Part shown: piece by piece, positions 50,420 to 64,000 of the stretch
How the letters are laid out: the number at the start of each line of letters is the position of its first letter
Numbering within the stretch: position 1 is the stretch's first letter
DNA from: Chiloscyllium plagiosum
Lineage: Eukaryota
DNA length: 64,000 nucleotides
Assembly: GCF_004010195.1 (NCBI RefSeq)
Contig: NC_057718.1
Span: 45,238,717 to 45,302,716 of the forward strand
Reading direction: 5' to 3'
Made by a program: the position numbers and the translations under genes
Notes under the pieces: model-generated
What the model was told of the DNA's origin: nothing
What the model saw: only the letters and a program-made list of their open reading frames with translations
Database searches by the model: none

Positions 50420-53157
50420 TTAGATGCTACAGGAAGGATAGAAAGGGAGGCGGTGGCATTTTTGATTAAGGAAAACATTACTACTGTACTTAGGATATTT
50501 CTGAGGGATCACCCAGTGAAACTATATGGGTAGAAATTAGAAATAAGAAAGGGATAACCACCTTGATGAGATTTTACCACACCTTGCCCCCCCCCCCCCA
50601 ATAGTCAGAGGGAAATTAAAGAGCAAATATGTAGAGAGATCCCAAAATTATATGTAAAAAATAATAAGATTGTAATAGTATGGGACCTCAATTTTCCAAA
50701 CATTATCTGGTACTGCTGTCATGTTAAAGGCGTAGATGATGAGGAATTCAAATGTCCAAGATAATTTTCTTTATCAATAGGTAAATGTACCAACTAGAGA
50801 AGGAGCAAAACTTGATCTTCTCTTGGGAAATAAGGCAGGGCATATGACTGAAATGTTAGTCGTAAAACACTTTTTGGGACTAGTGAATATAATTCTAATA
50901 GTTTTTAAAATAGTTATCGAAACGGATAAGCCTTCCATTAAAGGTAAAATTCTTAATTGGAGTAAGGCACATTTTAATGCTATGAGACAAGAATTTTCAA
51001 ATGTTTTTTGGAATAGACTGTTTGCAGCGAAAGTGAAAACTGACAAGTGGGAGGCTTTTGCAAGTGTACTAATGAGAGTTCAGAGACAATATGTTCCTGT
51101 TACAGTGAAGGTTAAGATGGGTAAGAGTAGGGAACAACAAAGAACTATAGAGGTTCTATCAAGAATAAGAAAGAATCACATTAGCTATGGACAACTGGGA
51201 TCAAGTGAATCTCGTGAAGAGAATAAGGAGAGAGGGGCATTCTTAAGAGGAAATCAGGAGGGCAAAGAAGAGATAGCCTTGGCAGATAACGCTAAGAACA
51301 ATCCAGTGAGATTTCACATTTGAGTTAAGAACAGCTGGAGAGAGAATAGGGTCCCTTAAAGATCAATTAGGTCATCTATATGTTGACCTTCAGGAGATGG
51401 GAGGGATACTAAATGAATATTTTGCATTAGTTTTTACTGTGGAGAAAGAAGTGCAGTCTAGAGAACTCGGGAAATAGATATTGATGTTTGAAAACAGTTT
51501 GAAAAATAAATTGCAAGGCCCTGAGCAGAAATACTTTGATCATCTACAACCATGGTTGAGATGCCAGAGGGCTGAAGCGTGGCTAATGGTGTGCCTTTAT
51601 TTAAGGAAATCTGGGAACTATAGACTTGTGAGCCTGACATCATGGAGGATAAGTTGTTAGAAGTAATTCTGAAAGATAGGATTTATGTGCAATTGGAGGG
51701 GGGGGGGGGGGTGGCAGGCACTGATTAGAGATAGTCAGCATGGTTTTTGTGCAAGGGAAATTTCTCAATTTTGATAGGGTTTTTTGAAGGATGATTAATG
51801 AGAGCAGAGCAGTAAACATTGTTTACATGGATTTTAGTAAAGCTTTGATTAAGTTCCATATGTTGGACTAATTGTAAAGTTAGATCACATGGGATTCCGG
51901 GTAAGCTTGCCAAATGGACACAAAATTGGCCTGATGATAGGAAACAAAGGGTAGTGGTGGAGACTTCTAACCAGCAGGTTTGGTATTGGTTCCTCTCTTG
52001 TTTGTTTTTTATAATAAATGATGTAGATGAGGATATTGGAGGCACGTTTAGTACATTTGCGGAAGATGCCAAAATTGGTGATATAGTGGACAATAAAGAA
52101 GATCCTCTAAGATTACAGAAGGAACCTGATCAGTGGGCTGAAGGGTGGCAGATGGAGTTTAATTTGGATAAATGTGAATTGCATTTTGGTGAAAGAAGGC
52201 GTTTAGCACACTTCAAGATCTGAGCCATGAAGGTATAGGTATTGGGATGTCATGTTTTGAGGCTGTACAAGATATTGGTGAGGCCTCTTCTGGCATACTG
52301 TGTGCAGTTCTGGTCACCCTGTTATAGGAAGGATATTATTAAATTGAGCGTTCAGAAAAGATTTACTAGGATTTTGCTGGGAATAGGAGGCTTGAGTTCT
52401 AAAGAGAGGCTGGATAGGCTGGGACTTTTTTCACAAGAGCTTAGGAGGTTAAGGGGTGACCTTGTAGAAGTTTATAAAAATATGAAGGACATAGATAAGG
52501 TGAATGACAAGGGTCTTCCCTAGCTTGGGGGATTTCAAAACTAGGCCATTTTTTTTTTAAGATGAGAGAAGAACCTTTTAAAAAGAAACCAGGGACAACA
52601 TTTTTTACAAGTAGTGTTTGTGGTATGGAATGAACTGCCAGAGAAAGTAGTGGATGCGTACAGTTGCAACATTTAAAAGACATTTGGATAAGTTCATGAA
52701 TAGGAAAGTTTGGAGGGATGTGGGCCAAGCACAGGCAAGTCGGACTGGCTTGGTTTGGGAACATGGTCAGTGTGGATTAGATAGAGGTTTATAATATCAT
52801 GAGGGGCATGGATATGCTGAATAGACAAGCTCTTTTCCCCAGAGGAAGGGAGTCCAAAACTAGAGGACATAGGTGTTAAACGAGAGGGGAAAGATTTAAA
52901 AGGGACACAAGGGCCAACCTTTTCATGCAGAAAGTGGTGCACGTATAGAATAAGCTGCTGGAGGAAGTGATGGAGGCTGGTACAATTACAACATTTAAAA
53001 AATCCACTGTATCTGGATGGGTAAATGAATAGGGAGGGTTTAGAGGGATATGAGATAGATGCTGGCAAATGGGACTGGATTTATTTAGGATATCTGGTTA
53101 GCATGGATGAATTGGACTGAAGAGTCTGTTTCTGTGCTGGATATCTCTGACTCTATT
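50420..53157 (+). mobile_element. Long degenerate CR1/HER1 ORF2 (endonuclease, RT, 3' UTR) with a second 3' end appended at about 52780
   Basis: Successive remnants: PTREGAKLDLLLGN, LNWSKAHFNAMRQE, MDFSKA, FAEDAKIG, YCVQFWSPCYRKD. Confidence 0.88.
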
Positions 53158-54134
53158 ATCTGTTAACTATACTGCATGTATAATTCAATGAAGATTGATG
53201 TCAAAACCCACATGAATCCTCAAGATTTAGATTTGTTTGTTGTGAAATATATATGCGTTCTCTGCTATATATAATCCCTTTGCCTAGTTGCAACATAAAA
53301 GATCTATTTTTAATTTTGAGAGCAATACCTCCTGCACCATGTAATTGCATTGTGTCAACTTCTTCAACTGTGGTATTAGGCAATATAGTGATACTTGCAC
53401 CGTATTAAGCTTAAAGATAGTGAGCTATCCATTGAAATAAATATCTTCTTGACAAAATGCTTGGATTAGATTCTTTATTCTTCTGAGAATGCCTTTTTTG
53501 CCTTTTTGTTTTACTAACAATAGTTCCATATCATCTTTTTAATATTGTGGGAACCAGAACTGTCCTTTTGTATTTTAAGGTTCATTGAAAGTTTCACAAA
53601 TATTTTTGTCCTCTTAAGTTGTATCCCTCTAGAAATTATCTCAAATATGATTGTTTTTGTATGACCTTATTAATTTGATCATTACTTTGTGATTTGTAAA
53701 TCTCTACATTTAGATTTTTGTTATTACCCATTTACTGTTTGCTTTCCACATAGTATGTAGCCTTCTTATTTTTCAGACCAAGCACTCTGTATGCTTTTTA
53801 TATTGATATTCAGTTGATGATTACATGCCTTTTCTGCAAGCCTATACATCATCACCTTGTATTTTATTACATTTTTCTTTTAGATTTTAACAAAACACCA
53901 TTCTATTTTTGTGGTTCATTACCTTTTGCATTTCTAGCTCCAATTCCTGGGTCCAAATTGTTCATGTAAATTCTGAACATGATGGAACTTGCTTCCCAAC
54001 TATTGTCAGCCTAAGGAATCACCTTCATTCCCTGTCTCAGGCCTTTTACAGTGGTCCAGCAAAGCTCGACACAAGCTGGAGGAACAGCACCTCATCGTCC
54101 GCTTGTAGCTTTCAGGACTCAATGGTGACACTGA

Positions 54135-54712
54135 ACAGTCCAGCGGAGGATCTGGCCCTTCGGCCACCATGTCTGTGCCAACCATGATGCCATTCTAAAG
54201 TAATCCTATCTGCTTGCTCATGGTCCATATCCCTCTCGTCCCTGCCTGTTCAAGTGCCTGTTAAAGATTGCTATCATCCCTGCTTCTACCGTTCTCACTC
54301 TAACAGTATGTTGCTGGCACCTACCACTCACTTTTCTCTGAAATCACTTTTTTTTAACTTCTGCCCTCTCACCTTCAACCTTAACCCCTCAGCATTTGAC
54401 ATTTCCACCCTGGGAAAAAGACTCCAACCGTACACCCGATCTGTGTCTCCCATAATTTTGTGTACTTTAATCAGGTTTTGATACACTTGCAAAATAATCC
54501 AAATTTGTCCAACCTCTCCTATGGCTAATAATCTCCAAACCAGGCAATATCCAAGTTGCACCCTTTCCAAATCTACCATATCCTTTCTATGGTGTGGCAA
54601 CCCCATCTGCACACAATACTCCAAATGTGACTTGAATAAAGTTTTATACAGCTGCAACATGACTCACTGACGTTTATGCTCTGTGCCCTGACCGATGTTG
54701 GTAAGCATGCTG
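54135..54712 (-). mobile_element. CR1-type LINE 3' end nested in a Penelope remnant (about 53985-55070, +)
   Basis: ORF 54328..54660 reads LYKTLFKSHLEYCVQ. Flanks show KLEEQHLIVR and a Penelope-like terminus near 54986-55065. Confidence 0.75.
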
Positions 54713-57239
54713 TTTGTTAATTTGAGTGTAACCATTCTCTTCCTTGTCTGTTACCTACCCCATCTCTCAAGGTCCTGTCATGAAATGGGTTGTCTTCAGT
54801 ACAGCCAACCCATTTTCAACTACTATTATCATCTATCTAGCTTCTCTTCTTTCCAGGCATAATAACAACAATCCCTTTGTCTACCTACTGTCTTTATCTG
54901 TCACTCTTTCTGTGCTCCCTCTCCACCTATCTGCTCACTCCCCCATCTTCAGGAAAATGGCGTCCTTTCTGACCTGTTTCTACTTCCGATGAAGGTTCAC
55001 GGGACTTAAAACGTTAAGTCTCTTTTCAGTGCAAGATGCTACCAGACCTGCTGAGTTTCTCTAGCAAATGCTGAATCGCCTTTAATTTTTTCCTCTCAAA
55101 GTTTCTGCTACCTTTCCACTGTGTAATGAAATCTGATTTTTGTATCCATTTATGCTGTACAATATGAAAGCACAGGATGGGCTACTACAGAATTTGTGCA
55201 GCCAGTCTTGATCATACCTACTATTGATGACCAATTGAGTTATTTGACCACAGTTTTACTGTTAATCCACTATTAACTCGTATATTAATTGTGGATTTTA
55301 AAGTATAAACTGTGTGTGTATTTTAGATTACTTCTGTCTTCTAACATTTTATGATTTTTAAATTTTATTTGTGGCTTTGTTCTCTTAACAAGTACCCAAG
55401 GTTCAATCAAACTTTTTTCAAGCAAGATAAATTTATTAGCCCTAACCAGATTGTAACACAAATTTGACAGTGTAATCCGGGGTCGTAACGTCAGGTATGA
55501 ATTCAGAATACAGTATTTTAAAAATATTTCAAAAATATTAGATCTACTGCATTACCTGGGTCTACTTTTTTTTGTTACTACTCTGAAGCATTCAGGAAAT
55601 GTAATCAAACATGACCTTCCCTTCTAAAATTCACTGACTATTCCTTATATTTTCAGTGTTTATTCTCAATGATGTAGCAGAGCTGATAGACCCTCATACA
55701 CCAATACACCAGTTATTAAAACAGCAAAGTAAACAAATAAATTGTTGAAAAGGCAGATGGAATGCTTGGATTTATATTGAGAGATTTAAAATACAAAAAG
55801 AAGTAATGCTAAACTTGCACAGGATCAGATGGCATTTAAAATACTGTGCCCTGTTTGAACCATTCTCTGCCAGCAACGATATAAAATGATGGAAAAGATG
55901 AAGAATAGGTTAATTATGATGCTACCAAGAATGAGATTACAGGAATATAACATTTACAAATTGTACATTTTTCAGAGGCTGAATGATTGATATTTTCATG
56001 TCTCTGAAAGTGTACAAGAATACATAAATAATTATTCCCATTAGTCAGTGCAAACAGGAGCAACTGAATATAACTTGCATCAGTCATGAAAATAATTAGA
56101 GGTGCTTGAACAAAGTTTTGTGCATAAAGTGGTTATTGTGTCTATCTCACTTTGATCAAAATTTGAGTTAGGTGCTTGGGAAGAAATAAGCAGGAGAATG
56201 GAACTAGACCAGGTGAGTGGGAGGGAGAAACAATAGCACAGATTTGATAGGTCAAAAGACCCAGGATTTCTGATGGCCATACCAGGTCTTTGAAAGAAAA
56301 GACAGCATGCTTCATATCCTTGGTGTTCCCAAACACTCCTTCACAAATAAATTCCTTTTGATCTGTGGGTATTGTTTGGCAGACTTTGTTATTTGGCTCA
56401 ATACCAATTAGAATTCTACAATCACTGGAATTTCTGACAATGCAATTTTTTTTAAAAGCTGCTCTTTTTCAGTATTCAGAAGATTTTTTAAAAATCTAAT
56501 AGTAGATTGTAAATTTGCAAAAGTTATTCCTGGGCTTTAAATTGCAATTATTAAATGTTGGTTATGGGTTTTGTGATAGAACAAAGATGGATTGATTGGA
56601 GCAGCTGCAAGTGAAATTAAGAACTCTATTCTTATTTTTTGAAAAGCTAACCTGAAAGTCACAGTATCATCTTGGCCTTGTTATGAAATTGAGACCATCA
56701 AATGAGCCTTTCTACTTTTGTGTTCATAATACAGTAAAATTGCAACCTTCAAAAGACCCTCAAAATTGACTGCAATGGTTCTTAACCAGATTTTTGAATA
56801 AACAATCCCAGACTTAGCAAATAATCATTTCATGATACTGGTTTGTAGCTTAAACAAAAGACTTTGCAATTTGTTAATGATGCAATTACTTTTAAACAAT
56901 GTTTTCTAATTGGTCTGTGCTATAAACTCAAACTCAAAAATCTTTTTATATTCAGCCCCATTTACACAAACGACAAACAGGTAAGCAAATATATTTAAGG
57001 GATAAGTAAAATAAAATAACAAAACTGGCCAGCTTACCTAAATGGTTTTCACAATGCATTGTTCCACAGGCATAGATAATGCTTTCTTGGTTAATCTTCT
57101 GAAGATGTCAATCAGAGTAACCTTTACATTTTGCTCTCATAAAGACAGTAATTCTTAGTTTTTTTATTCTGAGCTCCCCTGTCTAACTTCCCAGGAGATA
57201 GTACTTGGAAGCTTTCAAATCTACATCTTGAAGCGTCAA

Positions 57240-57850
57240 CTTTTTTTTAATATTTCAAAAATATATTTAATTTATGAAAATCTTTATATACATAGTGAAC
57301 AGAGCAGTTTGATTCTGTACAGCGTCTTTACATGTGGAGAACAAACAGACCCAAGGCTTTTTTTTCTTTAAACAAGACTATATTTGCATGTTTTTGAGGC
57401 ATTGGGAGGCCTCTGTGCCACCACAAGCTGTGCTCAAAGTAGCTTTGGTTGGGGGTGGGGGATGGAAGAGTCACACAACTCCATCTGGAATGTGCCTTTG
57501 CATAGGCGGTCTGGAGAGAGATGCAGTGGTTTTTCTCGAGGTTCATTCTGAGCAGCTCCATGATGCAGGACACTGTACTCAACCGTCTGTTCCCCAGGAT
57601 GCACAACAAATCTGCAAATCGTGGACCAAAAACCCCTTGAAAGATACACTTTTTGGTCTGACTGAAACTTGTTTGCCTTCCAGAGCAAGGAGTTGACCTT
57701 GACTGAGTTTTGCAGATTGTCACATTCCAAAGTTCAGGAATTTGTGCTGAGGGATGCATGAAAGCCTAGGGCAGCTGTTGCCAAGGTGCAGTGGGGAAAG
57801 ACCACCATCTGAGGCCTTTCTACTAAAGTACAATGGGGGTCTTTTCAGAT
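57240..57850. mobile_element. Tx1/L1-like LINE 3' fragment with internal inversion
   Basis: + strand reads HLECAFA*AVWREMQWFFSRF...CRLSHSKVQEFVLRDA*...QWGKTTI*, whereas the poly(A) tail lies on the minus strand at 57240. Confidence 0.65.
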
Positions 57851-58051
57851 ACAGGACCATCCTATCGCATCAACAGCCAGATTCCATTCTCATAACACAG
57901 TCCAAAGCCCAAATTGAGCTCTGGCCATTCTCTGGCAAACTAACTGCCACCTCCACAAAAGCCTTTCAGCATCTGCCATCTGCTTGAGCATAAGGTTTTT
58001 CCAGACTTGCTGGAACCAATTCCCAGACACTGACTTGGTTAATAGCTAACT

Positions 58052-59020
58052 TAGAGTCATAGAGATGTACAGCATGGAAACAGAACCTTTTGGTCCAACT
58101 TGTCCATGCTGACCAGATATCCTAAATGATCCATTTGCCCACATTTGACCCGTATCCCTCTAAACCCTTCCTATTCATGTACCTATCCAGATGCCCTTAA
58201 ATGTTGGAATTGTACCAGCCCCCACCACTTCCTCTGGCAGGTCATTGCACACACAGACCACCTTCTGCATGAAAACCTTGCCCTTTACATCCCGTTTAAA
58301 TCTTTCCCCTCTCACCTTAAACTAGGCACTCTCTAGTTTTACACTCCCCTGCCCTTGGGGGGGGGAGAAATCCTTGGTTATTCACTCTATCCATGCCCCT
58401 CATAATTTTATAAACCTCTATATAAGGTCACTCCTCAGTCTCCGATGCTCCATGGAAATTGCCCCAGCCTAACCAGCCTCTCCCTGTAGCTCAAATCCTC
58501 CAACCCTGGCAACATGCTTAAAAATATTTTCTGAATCCTTTCAAGTTTTGCAACATCTTTCCTATAGCTGGGAGACCAGAATTGAATGCAGTATTCCAAA
58601 AGTGGCCGTGCCAATGTCTTGGACAGCCGTAATGTGACCTCCCAACTCATGAACTCAGTGCACTGACCAATAAAGGCAAGCATACCAAACACCACCTTCA
58701 CTATCCTATCTACCGGTGACTCCACTTTCAAGGAACTATGAACTTGCACTCCAAGGTCTCTGTTCAGCAATGCTCCCCAGGACCTTGCCATTAAGTGTAT
58801 AATCCTGCCCTGAGTTGCCTTTCCAAAATACATCACCTCACATTTATCTAACTTAAACTCCAGCTGCCGCTCCTCAGCCCATTGGCCCACCTGATGAAGG
58901 TCCTATTGCGCTCTGAGATAACACCAAAATTGGTGGTGTAGTGGATAGCGAAGGTTATCTGCAAACTTCGTAAACATATCTCTTATGTTCACATCCAAAT
59001 CATTTATATAAATGACAAAC
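58052..59020 (-). mobile_element. CR1/HER1-type LINE, 5'-truncated, with micro-inversion
   Basis: ORF 58435..58890 matches the CR1 ORF2 C-terminal region. Confidence 0.92.
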
Positions 59021-59194
59021 CACTTCTGCTATCTGTTTAAATGTAATGTTCTTGCCTGTTGATGACGCATCTGTAAGATTATTGATCAGGTACCAACCTC
59101 CAATTTGTTTCCAGGCCTGGCCTTGTGAATAAACAAAAGCTTGTTTGATCCGCTTTCCTTTTTAACACAAGTTGTTACCTACAATGCAAAAGGG

Positions 59195-59272
59195 ATTCCT
59201 GAAGAAGGGCTTATGCCTGAAAAGTCGATTCTCCTGCTCCTCGGATGCTGCCTGGCCTGCTGTGTTTTTCCA
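59195..59272 (+). mobile_element. Penelope-like 3' terminus with hammerhead-like core
   Basis: CTGAAGA-AGGGC TTAT GCCT-GAAAAGTC, followed by GATTCTCCTGCTCCTCGGATGCTGCCTGGCCTGCTG. A related remnant lies at 18785-18865. Confidence 0.6.
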
Positions 59273-61039
59273 AATCAAAATTAATAAAATAATAAAACAA
59301 AACAATGAAAAATCAGCTAGGATTCAACGGTCTTCAGTTGTTGTGGTTTTATGGTGAATCCCTGCTGCCCAGCTCTCTTCTCTCCTTATGTCTTAAAAGA
59401 TCGAGCACATTGTCTTATGTCCAGAGGCATACAACTCCTTGTTAACCATTTGGTCTTTATTCCTGTAACCCAATGCCTTTACAAGAAAGATATCTTGCTA
59501 AAGTTGTACACTTGTTTTTGTTGAAACCAAATTTTGAGTGCTCATTGCAATTTTGGTCCTAGTGTTTTGAAGGTTTTGGAGACATACAATAAAGGTACAC
59601 TAACTTGGTCCTTAGGATGAGGGGGATGTCCTACAATTGGAAGCTGACTAAATTTGCCTTGCATCATGTTCAGTTTAGAGGCGGTCTTATTGGGGCATAA
59701 ATTCTGAAGGGTCGTGATAATATCAATGCTTAGAGATTGATTCCCAGCAGAACCAAAACACAGATGCAGTCACAATGGAAGGGGCTGATCATTTAGGATT
59801 CCTGAAGAATTGTGAAAGCTCACTTATTGAATACATGTAAGGCTGTGATAGACAAGTTTTGGGTGTCTCAAGGAATCGAGGTAAATGGGAATCGGACATG
59901 AAGATCGAGTTGAATTTATTATGATCATATCAAGTGGTGAAGGAAGGTTGACAGATTTACTCCTCTCCTATTTCATGTTCTTGAGTAATCAGAATATTTG
60001 GTTATTGCCTATTCTCCAAGTGTTCCGGTTTACAAAAATGCATAACACTTGGGTTAGAATTCTTGTGGTAAGAATCCAGGGTGATGTTTTTTTCCCACTC
60101 TGTTCTGTCATGCCCATGGAGATTGAGACAATTATGTATTACTATCTCCTTTCACATCTGTGTTGTCTATTTTCAGCAACAGCTGTAGGAGTCCTGAATT
60201 GGCTTGTTTCAAACCATACAGAACTGTTTTGGTTTTTTTTCTTGCTTATCTGAGTACAGTTCCAAGGCCTGCCAAATTTGTTTTCATCTTCAAGATTCCC
60301 AGGGATTTCTTTTTCTGTTTTATCAGTCTGAGATTTTGTCTGACAACCAACACTTTGTTATGCTGTAATTGACCATGCCAGCATGCATAAAACCCAAATA
60401 ATAGGAAGCTCCATTCTATCTCTCCCTGTGACTATCATTTTACATGTTGTAAAATATGACTAATGTCATGTGAAGAATGGTTTCACAACAACAAAGTCCA
60501 GTAACTGTCATCTGTAACAAACACTGCAAATACTGGAGAAAATCAATAGATCTGGCAGAATCTGTAGGGAGAGAAACTAAGTTAATATTTCAAGTCTGGT
60601 ATGACTCTTCTTAAGAACTGAAAAGTGTTTGAAAATGGGTTTTCATTCAATTCAGAAGAATTGTGCTGGACTCAAAATGTTAACTTTATATCTCCCTAGA
60701 AATGCCTGCTGAATTTCTCCAACGTTCTCTGTTTGTTAGATCTATTCCCCCACCTGCAGTTATCACTTTTTATTCCATTGTGATCTTTTATGAGGGGAAA
60801 CGTTTGTATAAACTAAGTAGAATCTGAAAATATTTACTTAGTGGGGGGCTGTACACTGAGATATGTGCATTAAGATTGAAATCTTCAGTCTACTCTGAAT
60901 TCTTGCTTCATTCGCTGGGTCAGATTTTTAAAAAATGTTGCATGTAACAGACTTTTTATAGTTTTTATTTTTTAAACTGCTGTCTTGTGTAACCTGCAAG
61001 CAAAATAGCGTCAATAGAATACTACCAGACTGGGTATTC

Positions 61040-61360
61040 ATAGGCCAAATGGGCTCTATGATTCTATTGAGTCTGCACTGACCCTCTGAGGAGCAGCCCA
61101 CTCCCTCCCTATCCCCATAACCAGCATTAACCATGGGTTATCCACCTAGCCTGCACATCCCTACGACACTACAGGGCAATTTCACCTAACCTGCACATTT
61201 TAGTAGACTGTGGGAGGAAACCAGAGCACCTGGCAGAAAACGCATGCAGATACAGGGAGAATGTGCAAAATCTACACAGACAGTCACCCAATGGAGAGAT
61301 TGAACCTGGCTCTCGAGCATTCTGAGGCATCTGTAGTGAGCACTGTACCACCAAGGCACT
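61040..61360 (-). mobile_element. HE1-type SINE
   Basis: Reverse complement of the SINE body (CCTAACCTGCACAT, GGAAACCAGAGCACC). Confidence 0.75.
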
Positions 61361-62080
61361 CATGTTCCCAAGCATTTGTCTCCAGGCTGCTGGCATGAGG
61401 TCACTGCCATTCTTTACTCTCCCCACCTCAACAAAAGCCAGATCATCATGCCCTTTGTCTCCAGTACTGCTCCCTGCTAACTTTGGATTTCTTTGCTGAT
61501 TAGTTCACTAGTTACTATCCCAATCTTGGCACTTCTTCTTTCTACATATTGAATCTCACCTCTCTGCTCCATGCTCTGCCCATCTTCCTCTGACTTTTTA
61601 TTTGTAATGTTGGGATCATTTATTTACTGTCTATTCAACAATCTTTGAACTCACTAAATATTGTATTAAATATTTACATTATATCACTTCTGTTTTAAGT
61701 TTACATAATAGGCTGTTTTTCAAGGAAACAATGTTCATTTTATATCCTGCTCACAAACTGAAACCTGTTCATGTTGAGCTGCTTTGTATTAGTTTTTAAA
61801 ATTCTGATTTTGCTGTGCTAGTGCCAGATATAAATCCAGTGTACTTAGTTTCAACTTCAAAGCAAGCGTTCAGGATTTATGAAACCTGAAACTGGGAGTA
61901 ACCAATTTAAAGGAAAAACTACCCTGTTTTCACAACACCTAGTCTAAATTTATTTTGGAATTGTTGCCAGCCACTGTGTGAAACTTGCATCTCGGAAATC
62001 AGGCACTACTGAGGCTGCAAAATCGGTTTTAAAAAAATAACATCTTTTTTGTTAGCTTTACAAGACAGGAATCAAGGTTG

Positions 62081-62362
62081 TAGAGTCATAGATGTTCAAC
62101 ATGGAAACAGACTCTTCAGTCCAATTTATCCATACTGACCAGATATCCTAAATTAACCTAGACCCATTTGCTAGCATTTAGCCCATATCCCTCAACCCTT
62201 CCTATTCATGTACCCATCAAGATACCTTTCTAAATATAATTGTGCCAGCCTCTGGCAGCTCATTCCATATGCTCACCACCTTCTGTGTGAAAACGTTGCC
62301 CCTTACATCGCTTTTAAATCTTTCCCCTCTCACCTTTAAACCTGTGCCCTTTAGTTCTGGAC
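62081..62362 (-). mobile_element. CR1/HER1-type LINE 3' UTR
   Basis: TAGAGTCATAG...ATGGAAACAGAC terminus shared with the other copies. Confidence 0.85.
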
Positions 62363-62420
62363 ACATTGAAGAAGTCTGAAGGATTACTGTAGCAGAAAGT
62401 CACACTGGTTACATATTACT

Positions 62421-62706
62421 GGAGCGGCATGGTGGCTCAGTGGTTAGCAGGGACCTGGGTTCGATTCCAGCCTCGGGTGACTGTCTGTGTAGAGTCTGCA
62501 CATTCTCCCAGTGTCTGCGTGGGTTTCCTCCGGGTGCTCTGGTTTCCTCCCACAGTCCAAAGACGTGCAGTTCAGGTGAATTGGCCATGCTAAATTGCCC
62601 ATTAGTCAAAGGGAATGGGTCTGGGTGGGTTACTCTTTGGAGGGTCGGTATGGGCTTGTTGGGCTGAAGGGCCTGTTTCCATACTGTAGGGAATCTAATC
62701 TCATCT
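62421..62706 (+). mobile_element. HE1-type SINE
   Basis: GGTGGCTCAGTGG A box, GGTTCGATTCC B box, LINE-like tail. Confidence 0.9.
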
Positions 62707-63229
62707 ATCAGCAGCTATGGCAACTTGCTGTGAATGCACAATCCACCTTTTACCTTGAACATTAACTCTGTTTCTCTTTCCATAGATACTACTGGACCTG
62801 CTGAATATTTCCAACATTTCTGTTTTATTTCAGATTTCCGCATTTGCAGTGTTTTGCTTTGCAGTACATAACATATTTGGTTAAGAAAACTACTTCTAAT
62901 GGGCCTGTGTTGAGCTGTGTTCTGCAGTTTTACATAAAAATAGCTTAATTTGAAAAAAAATTCAGGATTGCATAGTTGTGATTGTAAAGCATTTTAAGCA
63001 AAATTTGGTAATGAATTGGCCAAGCCAAACTGCACTTAAATCTCCACCTCAAAGCCTCTGGATTGTTAGCCTGTGAAATTTTACACCGCTGCAAAATTAT
63101 TAGTTTCTAGTCCAATTGTAATTGAAAAATTCTCTCATTTGAAGATGTGAATAGAGTCAAAATTCATAGCATTTTTAATTAACAGCCATACTCCTGATAT
63201 TACGACTGGCAGATCATTGATGTAGCTGA

Positions 63230-64000
63230 AAATAATTAGGCGTGAAGACATTCTTGAGAGGTCATATCATGCAATTCAAGTCCTGCAATGTTTGGCTTCC
63301 AAACATTGACAGCTATTCTCCAGCTGGTGATGATAGAGGATTAGTGCTATCGCACTAGAAATTGTACTTTTTATGTATAATTCTGCAGAAGCTGCATGGA
63401 TGTCAATTATGAGTTGCAAGCTCTGTTCTTTGCCTGACATCATAATATCATATTTCTTTGTCTTCAAAAGATTTATATGATGATTACTCCTTTATAATGT
63501 TGTGGACCAAAGGATTTCCAAACAGCCAAATGGTTGAGGATGAGATCAAATAGGCATTTCCTCAAGTTGGATCCTTCTTTACTTGAGACAGGTATGATCT
63601 TGCAGTACTACGCTTCAAGATTGGGCCAGTTTTTAGTTCGTGGTGGTTCGGCAGTCTGGGCTGTAAACATTTGAAGTCTGATTTACACCCTGTGCCTTTG
63701 CTTTTCACAATTCTTCTTCTAAATGGAATGCTACCAAACAATGGGTACTGAGAACAGCAGGTTTTCTTAGTCTTGTTCAACAACCCAGAAAGCTTCAAAG
63801 AATCCAGTGTCCATATTGCAGACTTTGAGGTCCAAGGCTGGCCAACTACATACTGCTGTGTCCTCCCCTTTGTCTATTCATCAAATAGGACGACACCTAA
63901 CCAAGGTATTTTGTTCACTGGGAAATACTCTGCAGAATTCACAAAAGCTCCAGGAATCAATAGGTTAAATGTTGGGTGGGTGGTGGACTGGGACCATGAA
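63230..64000 (-). mobile_element. Probable ancient LINE endonuclease remnant
   Basis: Minus strand reads LSQVKKDPT*GNA then (frameshift) FDLILNHL, resembling the APE-domain motif PTRG..LDLIL. There are many stops. Confidence 0.45.

Noticed and set aside
63276..63798. Possible host coding exon at the window end
   Set aside because: Stops in the minus-strand frames examined, and the motif fits a decayed LINE endonuclease better.

Overview
Eukaryotic, AT-rich, repeat-dominated vertebrate DNA. The repeat repertoire (CR1/HER1-type LINEs, HE1-type tRNA-derived SINEs, Poseidon- and Neptune-type Penelope-like elements) points to a cartilaginous fish, probably a shark (inference). No intact host protein-coding exon is recognisable; nearly all ORF-track entries are retroelement fragments or chance ORFs. 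A CpG-enriched island at about 8.4-9.5 kb carries tandem MCAT/TEAD-type motifs and a strong 5' splice site. It looks like the promoter and non-coding first exon of a + strand gene whose long first intron may cover the rest of the window. The most notable structures are: (i) minimal hammerhead-ribozyme cores in three Penelope-like families; (ii) four TSD-flanked fold-back Neptune insertions with the same asymmetric ~35-40 nt tail; (iii) a class I ERV RNase H fragment trapped inside one of them; (iv) a TSD-flanked chimeric insertion joining a Penelope end to an inverted copy of nearby sequence; (v) a 108-bp near-perfect inverted repeat in the putative first intron. There is one assembly gap (36485-36970). 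Repeat boundaries were read by eye and are approximate unless TSDs are given.
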